From NCBI GenBank assembly GCA_038523235.1, contig JBCBJQ010000022.1:1-64000 (forward strand): a DNA stretch of 64,000 nucleotides, given 5' to 3'. Of this stretch, positions 30,821-41,108 are shown piece after piece. The position numbers and the translations under genes are program-made. Source of the DNA: Cyanobacteria bacterium J06626_4. GTDB lineage: Bacteria > Cyanobacteriota > Cyanobacteriia > Phormidesmidales > Phormidesmidaceae. Position 1 is the first letter of the stretch; every line of letters begins with the position of its first letter. The notes beneath the pieces were generated by a model. That model ran no database searches, was not told the DNA's origin, and worked only from the letters and a program-made list of their open reading frames with translations.

Positions 30821-31708
30821 GTGTATTTTCAAGCGGTGATCACGACCTTACATGACTTTTGGAGCCAGCAAGGCTGCCTGATCGTGCAGCCCTACGATAC
30901 GGAGAAAGGGGCTGGCACGAAGAGTCCACACACATTTTTGCGGGCGATCGGCCCCGAACCCTGGGCCGTGGCCTATGCCGAACCCTGTCGTCGCCCCGCT
31001 GATGGCCGCTATGGCGAAAACCCCAATCGCTACCAGCACTACTACCAGTATCAGGTGCTGATTAAACCCTCGCCGAGCAACATTCAAGACCTCTATCTGG
31101 ACTCGTTGCGAGCCTTAGGCATCAAGCCCGAAGATCACGACATTCGCTTTGTCGAAGACAACTGGGAAGATGCTGCCGTTGGGGCGTGGGGCGTGGGTTG
31201 GGAAGTCTGGCTTGATGGCATGGAAATCACCCAGTTCACCTACTTTCAGCAATGTGGTGGACTCGATTGTCGGCCCGTTTCAATTGAGCTGACCTATGGG
31301 CTAGAGCGCCTCACCATGTATCTGCAAGAGGTCGATGCGATCGCCAAAATTCAGTGGAATGACACGCTGACCTACGGTGATGTGCACATGCAGGGCGAGA
31401 TTGAACATTCCCAATACAATTTTGATGAATCTGACCCGGAATTCCTGTTTACCCTGTTCACCCTTTATCAAAAAGAAGCGGAGCAGCTGATGAGCAAGGG
31501 CCTGGTGTTGCCCAGCTACGACTATGTGCTGAAATGCTCGCACACCTTTAACCTACTTGATGCGCGGGGCGTGATTTCGGTGACGGAAAGAACGCGCTAC
31601 ATCCGTCAAGTGCGAGGCCTTGCCCGCAAGGTGGCTCAGCTTTACTACGATCAGCGAGAAGCCTTAGGGTTTCCGCTCCTCAAGGCAGCACAAGAAGACG
31701 CTGCGTAA
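30821..31708 (+). CDS. glyQ: Glycine--tRNA ligase alpha subunit
   Basis: [20 protein letters not shown] and TYGLERL motifs. Confidence 0.98.
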   Translation: MYFQAVITTLHDFWSQQGCLIVQPYDTEKGAGTKSPHTFLRAIGPEPWAVAYAEPCRRPADGRYGENPNRYQHYYQYQVLIKPSPSNIQDLYLDSLRALGIKPEDHDIRFVEDNWEDAAVGAWGVGWEVWLDGMEITQFTYFQQCGGLDCRPVSIELTYGLERLTMYLQEVDAIAKIQWNDTLTYGDVHMQGEIEHSQYNFDESDPEFLFTLFTLYQKEAEQLMSKGLVLPSYDYVLKCSHTFNLLDARGVISVTERTRYIRQVRGLARKVAQLYYDQREALGFPLLKAAQEDAA

Positions 31709-31771
31709 TCTCCACGGATGTGGCACCTTAAAACGGAAAAGGATTGACCGTTGTTGTAAGGAGGCTTCATC

Positions 31772-32254
31772 GTGGCTGCTCAATTGACTGCTTGGCTCAA
31801 ACCCATCGCCGACTGGTTTGCTGGATTCAATCTGCCAGCGCCGATTGTGCATTGGGGGCATCCCCTGATGATGGGCATTGTGATTTTTGTATTGGGCCTT
31901 TATGTGGCTTGGGCCGGTTGGCGGGGGCGCACAGCTGAGGCAGCAGAAGTTTCGAGCAAGGCGCTGGGTGACCATAAGAAGCTGGCACCAATGATGTTTT
32001 TGTTTATCGCTCTGGGCTATACCGGCGGCATCCTCTCGCTCGTGATGCAAAACCAACCGATTCTCGAAAGCCCTCACTTTTGGACGGGGTCCGGCGCGAT
32101 CGCGATCTTGGGACTTAACGGGGCAATTTCAGCCACTAAGTTTGGTGGGGGACAACCCGCCCTGCGGACGGCTCACGCCTACATTGGCAGTATCGCCATG
32201 GCGGTGCTGATCGTTCATGCCGCCCTTGGTGTCAGATTGGGCCTGTCGATTTAA
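31772..32254 (+). CDS. DUF4079 membrane protein
   Basis: HWGHPLMMG, ESPHFWTG and AHAYIG His motifs; four TM segments. Confidence 0.85.
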   Translation: MAAQLTAWLKPIADWFAGFNLPAPIVHWGHPLMMGIVIFVLGLYVAWAGWRGRTAEAAEVSSKALGDHKKLAPMMFLFIALGYTGGILSLVMQNQPILESPHFWTGSGAIAILGLNGAISATKFGGGQPALRTAHAYIGSIAMAVLIVHAALGVRLGLSI

Positions 32255-32549
32255 GGCACGTCATCAATCGCTAACCGCCTTGAGATTCGACATCCTTGTG
32301 CCTGCTGCATCCAGGTCAGCAGTTAGGCGGTGAGGATAAGGCTGCCAGCCACACACCAGACCCCAGTCAATGGGCATCGACACTGTGTATTGACTGTGTA
32401 TTGAAAGATGTCTGCCTCGACCAAAACTCTATCCTCAAATTTGAGGGTGGAGTTTTGGTTTTGATGCGGGCTGCAACCGTGCCGCTTCTCAATAAAAAGT
32501 GCATCAATTCAACCCATGTCAGAAAAGTCTGACAAAAAACACTGTCTTG

Positions 32550-32585
32550 TTGACAAGTTCATGCCAAAACAGTATATTCATATAC
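32550..32585 (+). promoter_or_regulatory. Sigma70 promoter overlapped by an NtcA box
   Basis: TTGACA (32550-55), 17 nt, TATATT (32573-78); GTA-N8-TAC at 32572-32585. Confidence 0.75.
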
Positions 32586-32594
32586 AGAAAGCAA

Positions 32595-32660
32595 ATCGTT
32601 CATCCGACCAGCTCATCTGGACAGGACGGAAGTAGGAGTTAAGCTCCGAAGGAACGCGCC
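32595..32660 (+). ncRNA. Glutamine riboswitch (glnA RNA motif)
   Basis: ATCGTTCAT...GACGGAAGTAGG...CCGAAGGAACGCGCC matches the motif consensus; lies upstream of a DUF4278 gene. Confidence 0.88.
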
Positions 32661-32696
32661 TCTCTTAACTACACAATCCACATTGAGGCGAAAGTT

Positions 32697-32867
32697 ATGA
32701 TGCTACGTTATCGCGGTGCTGAGTACGATGCTCACAGCAACGAAGTTCAATTAGTTGAAGAAGTGATTGGTCAATATCGGGGGGCTACGGTTACCCGTCG
32801 GGTCGCTGCCAACGCTCCTAATCAACATATCGATGGTCTAACCTATCGCGGCGCTAAGGTTCGCTAG
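32697..32867 (+). CDS. DUF4278 small protein (56 aa)
   Basis: MMLRYRGAEY...GQYRGA...LTYRGAKVR with three YRG motifs; GAGG RBS; below the ORF-track size cutoff. Confidence 0.88.
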   Translation: MMLRYRGAEYDAHSNEVQLVEEVIGQYRGATVTRRVAANAPNQHIDGLTYRGAKVR

Positions 32868-32910
32868 GCTTCTACTCGCCCTGAGAGGGGCAACATTCAA
32901 TAACCCTCTG

Positions 32911-32936
32911 AAAGGCACCACCGGGTGCCTTTTTTT
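32911..32936 (+). terminator. Rho-independent terminator
   Basis: AAAGGCACC-ACCG-GGTGCCTTTTTTT. Confidence 0.85.
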
Positions 32937-33256
32937 GATCAGGCCGTGGTTGCTGGGGCCAATTGGCGGTAGCTGACCTCACCGCTCATTTGAACACTTG
33001 ATCTCTAGGTCAGTCACAACGTCAATTCAGGTAAAAACCAGTTAATGGCTACTCACCTCTCCCGAAAGGGGCTTTGAGGCTTAACAGCCGGGGCAAAGCG
33101 CTGTTTATCCGGATCTCGACCTCGGGTTAAAAGTGACATATTCCTTTGTCTTAATCTTTTCTTGCTATTGTGGTGCGTAGTGTCTAGACAACCTCATGTG
33201 TCGGCTGGTGAATGCGGCTAGACAACATAGTGGTTGTAAGGAAGTGCTATCAGATT

Positions 33257-34627
33257 ATGAGCACAGTGACAGGGCTATTCCTCTTCTCAGGGGCGATCGC
33301 CAGTTTTGGCCTGGGTTGGGTGCTGCGGGATGGTGCAAATTTACGGCGGTCAGCATTGACTCAGGTGCCATCTGGTGAAGCCAATGTTGCCGCCAAGACC
33401 GTTATGAAACCGCCGCTGGCTAATGCTAATGCTGCTGCCCAGGCCGAATACTGGCTCTTACAAAAGGCCCCTGTTGGATATTTAGAAGTTGATGATGAAA
33501 ATCAACTGTTATGGATCAACACCTTGGCTTGTGACATGTTGGGCATGCCGTTTCCGGCCTGTGGCGTTGAACCGACTGAGCCCAGGCTGTTATTAGAGCT
33601 GGTGCGATCGTTCGAATTAGATCAGCTGATCGAAAATACGCGTCATGCTCAGACCCCTTGTCAAAGAGACTGGGTTCTGAATCTAGCGGCACCTGATCCG
33701 ATCAATCCTGACGAAGGTGTGGTTGCGCCGCTACGGGGCTATGGGGTGCCCCTGGCAAACCAGCGCGTCGGGATCTTTTTAGAGAATCGCCAGGAAGCTG
33801 AGACCTTGATTCAGCAGCGCGATCGCTGGACCTCTGATGTGGCCCACGAGCTGAAAACTCCGCTAACCTCGATTCGCTTGGTGGCTGAAACCTTGAGAGA
33901 ACGGGTTGAGCCAGGGTCGAAAAAGTGGTTAGACCGGTTGTTAAATGAGATTTTGAGACTGAGTAATTTAGTCGAAGATCTGTTGAATCTGAGTCGACTA
34001 GAGCGCAGTGGCGGTCATGGACTGGTCTTGAAACCGGTGGAATTGCCGCATCTCATCTTGGCCGCCTGGCAAAGTCTGGAGCCACTGGCTGATATTAAAC
34101 AAGTACAGATTGTCTATGAAGGGCCGGCAGATTTGATTGTGTCAATCGATGAAGGCTTGATGTACCGAGTTTTTATCAATTTGATTGACAATGCCATCAA
34201 ATACAGCCCGCGCGAAGGCACCATTTGCATCCGAGCTGGAGTCAAATCGAATTCAGGCGCAGAGGCACCAGCTTCTCGTCTCCTGCAGATTGATGTGATT
34301 GACGATGGAGCAGGCTTTAACGACAGCGATCTGCCCCACATTTTTAATCGCTTTTATCGAGCTGATGCCTCTCGCACTCGCGTGTCAGGCAGTTCACCCA
34401 CCATCCCCCGACCGCAAAAATCATCGGAAGGCCTGCGCAACAGCGGGACTGGTCTGGGATTGGCGATCGCTCAACAAATTGTGGCCGCTCACGGAGGCGA
34501 TATTAAGGCAAGCAACCATCCCGAAACAGGCGGTGGCTGGCTGACGATTAGTTTGGCCACCCAGCCGCTTTCCCTCGAAGAAGCAGCGGCTACGTCGGAC
34601 GTGACAGTAAAAACGACTTTGCGCTAG
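33257..34627 (+). CDS. sphS: Phosphate-sensor-type histidine kinase (SphS/PhoR-like)
   Basis: PAS-like [44 protein letters not shown] and GTGLGL motifs. Confidence 0.8.
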   Translation: MSTVTGLFLFSGAIASFGLGWVLRDGANLRRSALTQVPSGEANVAAKTVMKPPLANANAAAQAEYWLLQKAPVGYLEVDDENQLLWINTLACDMLGMPFPACGVEPTEPRLLLELVRSFELDQLIENTRHAQTPCQRDWVLNLAAPDPINPDEGVVAPLRGYGVPLANQRVGIFLENRQEAETLIQQRDRWTSDVAHELKTPLTSIRLVAETLRERVEPGSKKWLDRLLNEILRLSNLVEDLLNLSRLERSGGHGLVLKPVELPHLILAAWQSLEPLADIKQVQIVYEGPADLIVSIDEGLMYRVFINLIDNAIKYSPREGTICIRAGVKSNSGAEAPASRLLQIDVIDDGAGFNDSDLPHIFNRFYRADASRTRVSGSSPTIPRPQKSSEGLRNSGTGLGLAIAQQIVAAHGGDIKASNHPETGGGWLTISLATQPLSLEEAAATSDVTVKTTLR

Positions 34628-35009
34628 TCGGTGATTCTGTCGCAGAGTTCGGAATTGAAAGGTTTGTCAGATGGCGATTACAACTATCTGGAATGACTTG
34701 ATCAAACTGCGGATTGCTATAGCTTTTTCTACGCGAAGCAGCTAATAAAGGGAGATTTTAAGGGGCATCCCAAAGCGTCGCGCTAACCACGGACAAAATA
34801 TCTTTGCCGCATTGTTGCGTTGCTCGGCTCAGCTAGAGATCTCAGCCGGGGCTCACGCTATAGGTCACCTGAATCAGCCCGTAAGACAACACCGGGATCA
34901 TCGCCCTCACGGCCTTAGCCGTGATGTAAATGTTTGAAGAACTTCTGTGCGAAATTTTCCCTGCTTCAAGCTGATTGGGTAGGCTGGAACCAGGCTAGTC
35001 AATTGAGCA

Positions 35010-36041
35010 GTGGCAGATTCCTTTTTTCCCACAAGGGGGCATGCGGAAAACTCACGGTTATCAATCAGCGGTAGCCGATCGCAATTATGCGATCAGAAGC
35101 CTACTAGCCTGTGGTGCAATTCTTCTACCATCGTGGCTGTATCTCAACTTCAGACATCTCAGATTTGGCATGGTCAGGCAAGGGCACTCTTTAGTGCTGG
35201 CCATTATCGTGCGGCAGTCAAACGGTACAATCGGGCCCTTGAAGTTGATCCTGAAGATGTCGATGCTTGGGTCAATCGAGGGCATGCGCTCTGTCAGTTA
35301 GAGCATTACGATTTAGCCCTAGAAAGTTTTCAACGAGCCCTTAAGCTAGCGCCTCAGCGAGCGACGGTATGGCATGGTCAAGGACTCGTGCAGGCCAAAA
35401 CTGCGGATTTCGCTGCTGCAGTCGAGAGTTTTAGTCAGGCGCTCGCCCTGGATGAGCATAATCGCGACGCCTGTTTCAACCGAGGCCATGCGTTGCTGCG
35501 GCTCAATCGTTTTTTAGAGGCTGCCGATAGCTTTGATCAGCTCATTCAACTGGAACCAGACAACTATCGTGCCTGGTACAATCGCGCGATCGCGCTAGCT
35601 GCTATGCGCCGCTATCACGATGCTCTGAGCTGCCTTGATACGACGGTTTCAATTAAACCCGCCTGTCATTATGCCTGGACCTATCGGGGCGTGATGCTCA
35701 ACAAGCTACATCGCTTTCGCGATGCTTTGCTCAGTTTTGAGCAATCACTGCACTACCGCGCGCCCAATGCCAATGCCTGGTATGGCAAAGCAGCGACCTA
35801 TGCCCTACAAGGCAAATCGAAATCGGCGGCAAAATGGCTGCGTAATGCGATCGCCGTGAATCCGAGTCTTTACCGGGTATTAGTTAAGACTGATCCGAAC
35901 TTCAGCCTGGTAATCAACAGTGCCGAGCTGCGAGCGCTTTTGCAAAGGCGCTCGCAATCTGGAGAGAACGCCCAAGACTCTCTAAAATGGCGAGAGTACT
36001 CTTCTCAAGAAGATGGCTCGAACTCCCCGCTTAACGTTTGA
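35010..36041 (+). CDS. Tetratricopeptide repeat protein (start uncertain)
   Basis: About seven TPR units (AW.NRG.AL...). Confidence 0.88.
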   Translation: MADSFFPTRGHAENSRLSISGSRSQLCDQKPTSLWCNSSTIVAVSQLQTSQIWHGQARALFSAGHYRAAVKRYNRALEVDPEDVDAWVNRGHALCQLEHYDLALESFQRALKLAPQRATVWHGQGLVQAKTADFAAAVESFSQALALDEHNRDACFNRGHALLRLNRFLEAADSFDQLIQLEPDNYRAWYNRAIALAAMRRYHDALSCLDTTVSIKPACHYAWTYRGVMLNKLHRFRDALLSFEQSLHYRAPNANAWYGKAATYALQGKSKSAAKWLRNAIAVNPSLYRVLVKTDPNFSLVINSAELRALLQRRSQSGENAQDSLKWREYSSQEDGSNSPLNV

Positions 36042-37488
36042 TCGCGGCACGTTAATTTTGCATCCTCCCCCCCGAGGTAAAGTCTGGCTTGACTTTGCTG
36101 ACTGGGATGACCGCATCGAGCGGTTCCGGATTCCGGCCCACCATTATCGACGGTTGGTCGAAGCGCTGCAGCGAGAGGGGGTAACCTTTCAAGACGACGT
36201 CGCGCAGTTTGAACCGGTGGGATTGCAGCTCAACGCGCCCTATGCGCCCTATGCGCATCAGCAGGAAGCTCTAGACGCTTGGGTCGCTAATCGCTGGCGG
36301 GGCATTGTCGTGCTACCAACCGCTGCAGGTAAGACTTATTTGGCGCATCTGGCGATGCAGGCCACACCGCGTAGCACCTTGATTACCGTGCCGACGTTGG
36401 ATTTGATGCATCAGTGGTACGACCAGCTGCTTAAGGCGTTTCCACAGGTAGAAGTGGGCCTGTTGGGCGGTGGCTCTCGCGATCGCACGCCCCTGTTGGT
36501 CGCCACCTATGACAGCGCGGCGATTCACGCAGAGACGCTCGGTAATCAGTACGGACTCTTGATCTGCGATGAGTGTCACCACCTGCCCAGCGACTTTAAT
36601 CGGGTGATTGCCGAATATTCCATCGCGCCCTACCGGTTAGGACTGACGGCTACGCCAGATCGCGCCGATGGGCGTCACGATGACTTGACCCAGCTGCTCG
36701 GGCCCATCGTCTATCACAAGCAGCCCCAAGACCTCGCCGGTGATACTCTCGCCCCTTACGATGTGGTGCAGATCAAGGTGGCGCTCAGCGAGGCTGAGCA
36801 GCAGCAATACCAAGCCCTGATTCAACAACGCAACGAATTTTTGCAAGATGCTCACATCTGGCTCGGCAGCTTAGAAGGCTGGCAGCGGTTTGTGCAGGCC
36901 AGTGCCCAATCGCAGGCGGGGCGGCGCGCGATGTTAGCCCACCGCTCATCGCGGGCGATCGCGTTGGGCACTAAAGGTAAACTCCGCGTTTTGAGTGAGC
37001 TGCTAGAGCGTCACTTTCCAGACCGCTGCTTGATCTTTACCGCTGACAATGCAACGGTTTATCGCATTTCTCAAGATCTGTTGATGCCGGCGATTACACA
37101 CCAAACCCCGGTTAAAGAGCGTCAGGCCATTTTGGAAAAATTTCGCAGCGGTGACTACCCGACCCTTGTCGTCTCCCAAGTTCTGAACGAGGGGGTCGAT
37201 GTCCCGGATGCCAAAGTGGCCATTATGCTGTCGGGTACGGGCTCTACCCGCGAATATATTCAACGCCTGGGGCGCATTCTCCGCAAGGGCTCTGGTCAGA
37301 AGCGCGCCATCCTGTATGAAGTGATTGCGGAGGAAACTAGCGAAGAAGGGATTTCTCGTCGCCGCCGCACCCCGCCGGTGCACCGGACCCTTAAGCCGGT
37401 AGAGCGATCGCCGCAGCATCCCCCCTATGACAGCATTCAACTACCGTTGCCCCGAGCCGCCGAAGAGGCAGAAGAATGGCCAGAATGA
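36013..37488 (+). CDS. SF2 DEAD/DEAH-box helicase, XPB/SSL2-like
   Basis: PTAAGKT, DECHH, LTAT, EGVDVP and QRLGRILR motifs. Confidence 0.92.
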   Translation: MARTPRLTFDRGTLILHPPPRGKVWLDFADWDDRIERFRIPAHHYRRLVEALQREGVTFQDDVAQFEPVGLQLNAPYAPYAHQQEALDAWVANRWRGIVVLPTAAGKTYLAHLAMQATPRSTLITVPTLDLMHQWYDQLLKAFPQVEVGLLGGGSRDRTPLLVATYDSAAIHAETLGNQYGLLICDECHHLPSDFNRVIAEYSIAPYRLGLTATPDRADGRHDDLTQLLGPIVYHKQPQDLAGDTLAPYDVVQIKVALSEAEQQQYQALIQQRNEFLQDAHIWLGSLEGWQRFVQASAQSQAGRRAMLAHRSSRAIALGTKGKLRVLSELLERHFPDRCLIFTADNATVYRISQDLLMPAITHQTPVKERQAILEKFRSGDYPTLVVSQVLNEGVDVPDAKVAIMLSGTGSTREYIQRLGRILRKGSGQKRAILYEVIAEETSEEGISRRRRTPPVHRTLKPVERSPQHPPYDSIQLPLPRAAEEAEEWPE

Positions 37489-37557
37489 ATCGTCCAACAC
37501 CGCTACTCTTGGGCCGCCCGGTTGTGTTTTTATCGGTTCATGGAGCTGAGATGCTGG

Positions 37558-38055
37558 ATGTCCAAAAGTGATGAAACCTACGATCGCCATTGCCGCTGGA
37601 TGCAGCGAGCCCTTGAACTGGCCACGCTGGCGGGGCAGGCGGGGGAAGTCCCAGTCGGGGCAATCGTCGTCGATGCCCGCAACCAGATGATTGCCGCGGC
37701 CGGTAACGGGCGCGAACGCGGCCATGATCCGACGGCTCATGCCGAAGTGTTAGCCCTACGCCAAGCCGGCGCGGCTTTGGGGCACTGGAACCTCAAAGGC
37801 TGCACGCTCTACGTCACGCTAGAGCCCTGTGTCATGTGTGCCGGGGCGATCGCCTTGAGTCGCGTCAGTTTGCTCGTCTACGGTGCCGATGATGTGAAAG
37901 CCGGCGCGATTCGCTCGGTGTTGAACATCCCTGATAGTGCGGCCTCTAACCATCATCTGACGGTGTTGAACGGCGTTTTGGCCCCCCAATGCCGCGAGCA
38001 GCTGCAGCAATGGTTTCAGCAGCGGCGTGCGGCATCGAACACAGCCGAAGACTGA
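37558..38055 (+). CDS. tadA: tRNA adenosine(34) deaminase
   Basis: GEVPVGA, DPTAHAE and LEPCVMC motifs. Confidence 0.93.
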   Translation: MSKSDETYDRHCRWMQRALELATLAGQAGEVPVGAIVVDARNQMIAAAGNGRERGHDPTAHAEVLALRQAGAALGHWNLKGCTLYVTLEPCVMCAGAIALSRVSLLVYGADDVKAGAIRSVLNIPDSAASNHHLTVLNGVLAPQCREQLQQWFQQRRAASNTAED

Positions 38056-38219
38056 TAAGTCGGTGGCTTCAATTATTGTCGGGTGCGTCACGCCTCGCGT
38101 GACGCACCCAAGCCAACTCCGGCGGTGCGTTGGGCTACCGCCGCCACAGACCCGACAGCGACAGCATTGCTTAATGAGAAATCTCTCCTTATTGGAGTTC
38201 GAGCGGATCAAGCGATCGT

Positions 38220-38990
38220 CTATAGGCTTGTTTCCAAGCTGTTGTGCAAATGCTCTAGCTCATTGACCAGTTGGAGTTCACGTTGATATTCCTGTCTGAG
38301 CAGTTTTACATAGCGATCGCGTTCCTCAATCGACTGAGCTTTGCTCAACATGTGAATCGCTAAGTTCATATTGGAGAGGGGTTCCCGGAGCTGCTTAGAG
38401 ATTCGCCCCATGGAGGCCAAGCCATACATAATTTTAGAAACATCCGGGGGTGAAGATGAAGACCGGGTCAGTTCTGTGGGTAAAGACGAGTTGCCTGGCT
38501 GCTCTATTGGCGGCTGCAGGGTTTTGAGACGCGACTCACTGGCAAGGGGCGTGAGCTCCGATGAGGACGACACCGGCTCTACACTGAGGTTGTGAGAGAC
38601 AGCGGTGGTGGATTGCGCCTCAATGGCATATTGGGCGCGAATTTTGTTGATGAGGGCGGCCAACCCTGGCCGGGCTACCGTCTTTTCCGTCAAATTTAGG
38701 ACTAAAGGTTCGCGATCGTGGTTTGACCTGGCCTCGATCGAAGGCAGCAGCACAATCGGTAATCCGGTTGTTTTAAGCGATGACAGAAGATATTCAGTGG
38801 TTCTTGGATCGCCTTGTTCAGACGTATCTTCCAAAACTATGAGATCGACCTGCTTGAACGTTTTGACGTTTCTGGGATTAACCTGGCGCAGATTTGCCGT
38901 TGTGAGTTGAACAGATTTGTCAAATTTTAGAGCAACGCAAAGCCTTTCTTGCTGTAATGAATTTTCCGCAATGATCAAAACCCGTTGCAT
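38220..38990 (-). CDS. Degenerate receiver + HisKA-like dimerisation domain protein
   Basis: N-terminal REC-like region, Ser/Pro linker, C-terminal SKQLREPLSNMNLAIHML; no ATPase domain. Confidence 0.7.
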   Translation of the reverse strand: MQRVLIIAENSLQQERLCVALKFDKSVQLTTANLRQVNPRNVKTFKQVDLIVLEDTSEQGDPRTTEYLLSSLKTTGLPIVLLPSIEARSNHDREPLVLNLTEKTVARPGLAALINKIRAQYAIEAQSTTAVSHNLSVEPVSSSSELTPLASESRLKTLQPPIEQPGNSSLPTELTRSSSSPPDVSKIMYGLASMGRISKQLREPLSNMNLAIHMLSKAQSIEERDRYVKLLRQEYQRELQLVNELEHLHNSLETSL

Positions 38991-39133
38991 TTTAGTACCC
39001 TGGTCGATGCCCTGATGCTGCCTTCGTGAACTAATGAATCCAGTCCGTTTAACAGGAAAGTGATTCGTGCCACAAAGCTGTAGTCGCTAGATATATATTG
39101 TGTCAAAAATTGATAACGATTGATTTCAAAGCC

Positions 39134-39387
39134 GCTTAGTGCTTAAAATCTGACTTTGAAATATGGTCGCAACCCATAAATAGGGGGTCAGACCCCCTAC
39201 AAAAAGAGGTATTCTTTGACAAAATCTTCGATCATCTCTTCCTCCTTAAGCATAAATACTGTCGAAGCCTAGTGCTTGAAAACCGACTTTGAAATGTAGT
39301 CATAACCTATCAAATAAAGGGTCAGACCCCCCCCTATAGAACTGACGAGTTAGGACATCACATCTTTCTCCTTAAGCATAAATACTG
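39134..39387. repeat. Tandem imperfect ~125-bp direct repeat (2 units)
   Basis: 39134-39261 and 39267-39387 share TAGTGCTT..GACTTTGAAAT, GGGTCAGACCC and CTCCTTAAGCATAAATACTG. Confidence 0.88.
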
Positions 39388-40074
39388 CCTAGAGTGAAAC
39401 TTATTTAAGCACCTCATCACCAAGCGAGGTTGATGACTGTAGCAATATTTGCTGGGTAGCAGGCTCACAGTGGTAAAGCTGAGATGCCTTGATGAAAAAC
39501 GCTAATTATAGCGGATCGACCTTGCTTCGGTTGATGTATTTTCAGCGGCTAGTTGAGAATGTTTGATTGAATTTGATGGAAGCGGTTGTTTTTGAGACTG
39601 TACTCTTGAAACCAATTTCCTAAAAAGTTTGTGCGATTTGGTCTAAGGCAGACTGACGATTCAGCGAACTTATAAACATAAGACGTAGGAATTTTGACAG
39701 TGTGCCTTGTTCCTACATGAGCAATTAGCCCCGTAAATGATTGATGGGAGTCTTTAGAAGTAAACCTGAGCAGTTCCTTTCAAGAGAACGCTTGGTGTCA
39801 AAAAAGCTACCTGAATTAATCTTTGAAAGGTCTCAAATGCCGATTCTACTGTCGAATCTTCTGGGTAGTGCAAGTAGCCAAAGCCAGACCGGAACCTTGG
39901 CGCCCGCCCTACTAAGGCCGCTGAAATGGCCATTGCCTACGGTGCCGATGAGTCGGTTGGAAGTTCAATAGGGTGCCGCAATTGCTGGGCTGGCAATCTC
40001 CAATTTAGGTGCGATCGCCTCGGACTCGCATGGCTGGACTATCGATTTTGCGGACTCGAATTGTGCCTAATCGA

Positions 40075-40710
40075 CTATTCCTGAGCTGGAGGGGAATCCA
40101 AGCTGTTGCGGCGGTCAGGGAGAAGCAGTTCTTTGCCGATCGCGGCATAGTCTTGCCAGGCGATTTCGGCCTTGGGATTCTTGACGTCATAAACGGGGAC
40201 ACCGGCCATGGCAGCTTTTTGGAAAACGGCATAGCGCCGAATACCTTGCTCAAAAACGGGCAGGTGGGCCTCAGCGAGCAGCGATCGCACTTCGCCTTCA
40301 GCCTTGCTGGGTTTGGGCGGAATCGACGTCAGTAAAATGCGATAGCGTTCGGCTCGAATGCTCTTGAGGTAGTTAACGGTTAAGACCAGGGCATCTAGCG
40401 CCAGAATATCTGGGGTCGTCGGCAGCACTAGCAGATTGCAATTAGTGGCTAGGGTGGCCAAATCATCTTGAGTGGGCCGAGCTTGAGTATCGATCACCAC
40501 ATGCTGAAACTCTGTTCCTAGCGCATCAGGATGCCACTCATCGATCACAGGGAACGGCAGTTGCCCCCGACTCGCCCAACTGGAGGCCGAGCGATTGGGA
40601 TCAGCATCAATCAGCAGAGTTTCTGCCTGCCCCTGCAAAAAAGCCGCTAAATGAATCGCGGTTGTGGTCTTGCCAACCCCTCCTTTAAAGCTCGTAACGG
40701 TGACAATCAT
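40075..40710 (-). CDS. Orphan ParA-family ATPase
   Basis: KGGVGKTT, LIDADPN and VIDT motifs; no parB nearby. Confidence 0.92.
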   Translation of the reverse strand: MIVTVTSFKGGVGKTTTAIHLAAFLQGQAETLLIDADPNRSASSWASRGQLPFPVIDEWHPDALGTEFQHVVIDTQARPTQDDLATLATNCNLLVLPTTPDILALDALVLTVNYLKSIRAERYRILLTSIPPKPSKAEGEVRSLLAEAHLPVFEQGIRRYAVFQKAAMAGVPVYDVKNPKAEIAWQDYAAIGKELLLPDRRNSLDSPPAQE

Positions 40711-41108
40711 GGTTGCTGACTGGCCTGCTCAATGCCCGGTGCAAGTATACAGAGATGTTTTACGGTATCGTCATCAGTTAGCTCGGTGAGATCAAATTGT
40801 GGCAGTCCACACGCTTTCGCCAGAGATTTGTCCAAAAGAGGGTGCTTACTGTAACAGTAACGATTCCAAAAATTTGTTAACAACAGACTGGATAGACTCG
40901 AAAGTTGAGGATTCTTCTCTGAGCAGTCAAACTTTGAGAGGCCTCTGAGTAAACAATCCAAACTGTTTGGAGTCTTTCAAAGTCTGTTGTTGGCAGGGCT
41001 AAAGCTAGCAGACAAATGCTGATTAGCCACTGTCTTGAGATCGCTTCTAAATAGCTGTTTTCGTCGTTCTGCCTGTTATTTACTCATTAGCTGGAGAGAT
41101 GTTGCCCT

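Noticed and set aside
39134..39387. Possible mini CRISPR array
   Set aside because: Only two units, conserved parts far longer than CRISPR repeats, no cas genes in the window
39641..39670. GGTCTAAGG segment as part of a c-di-GMP-I riboswitch
   Set aside because: The upstream GGCAAAC/GAAA tetraloop stem is not visible
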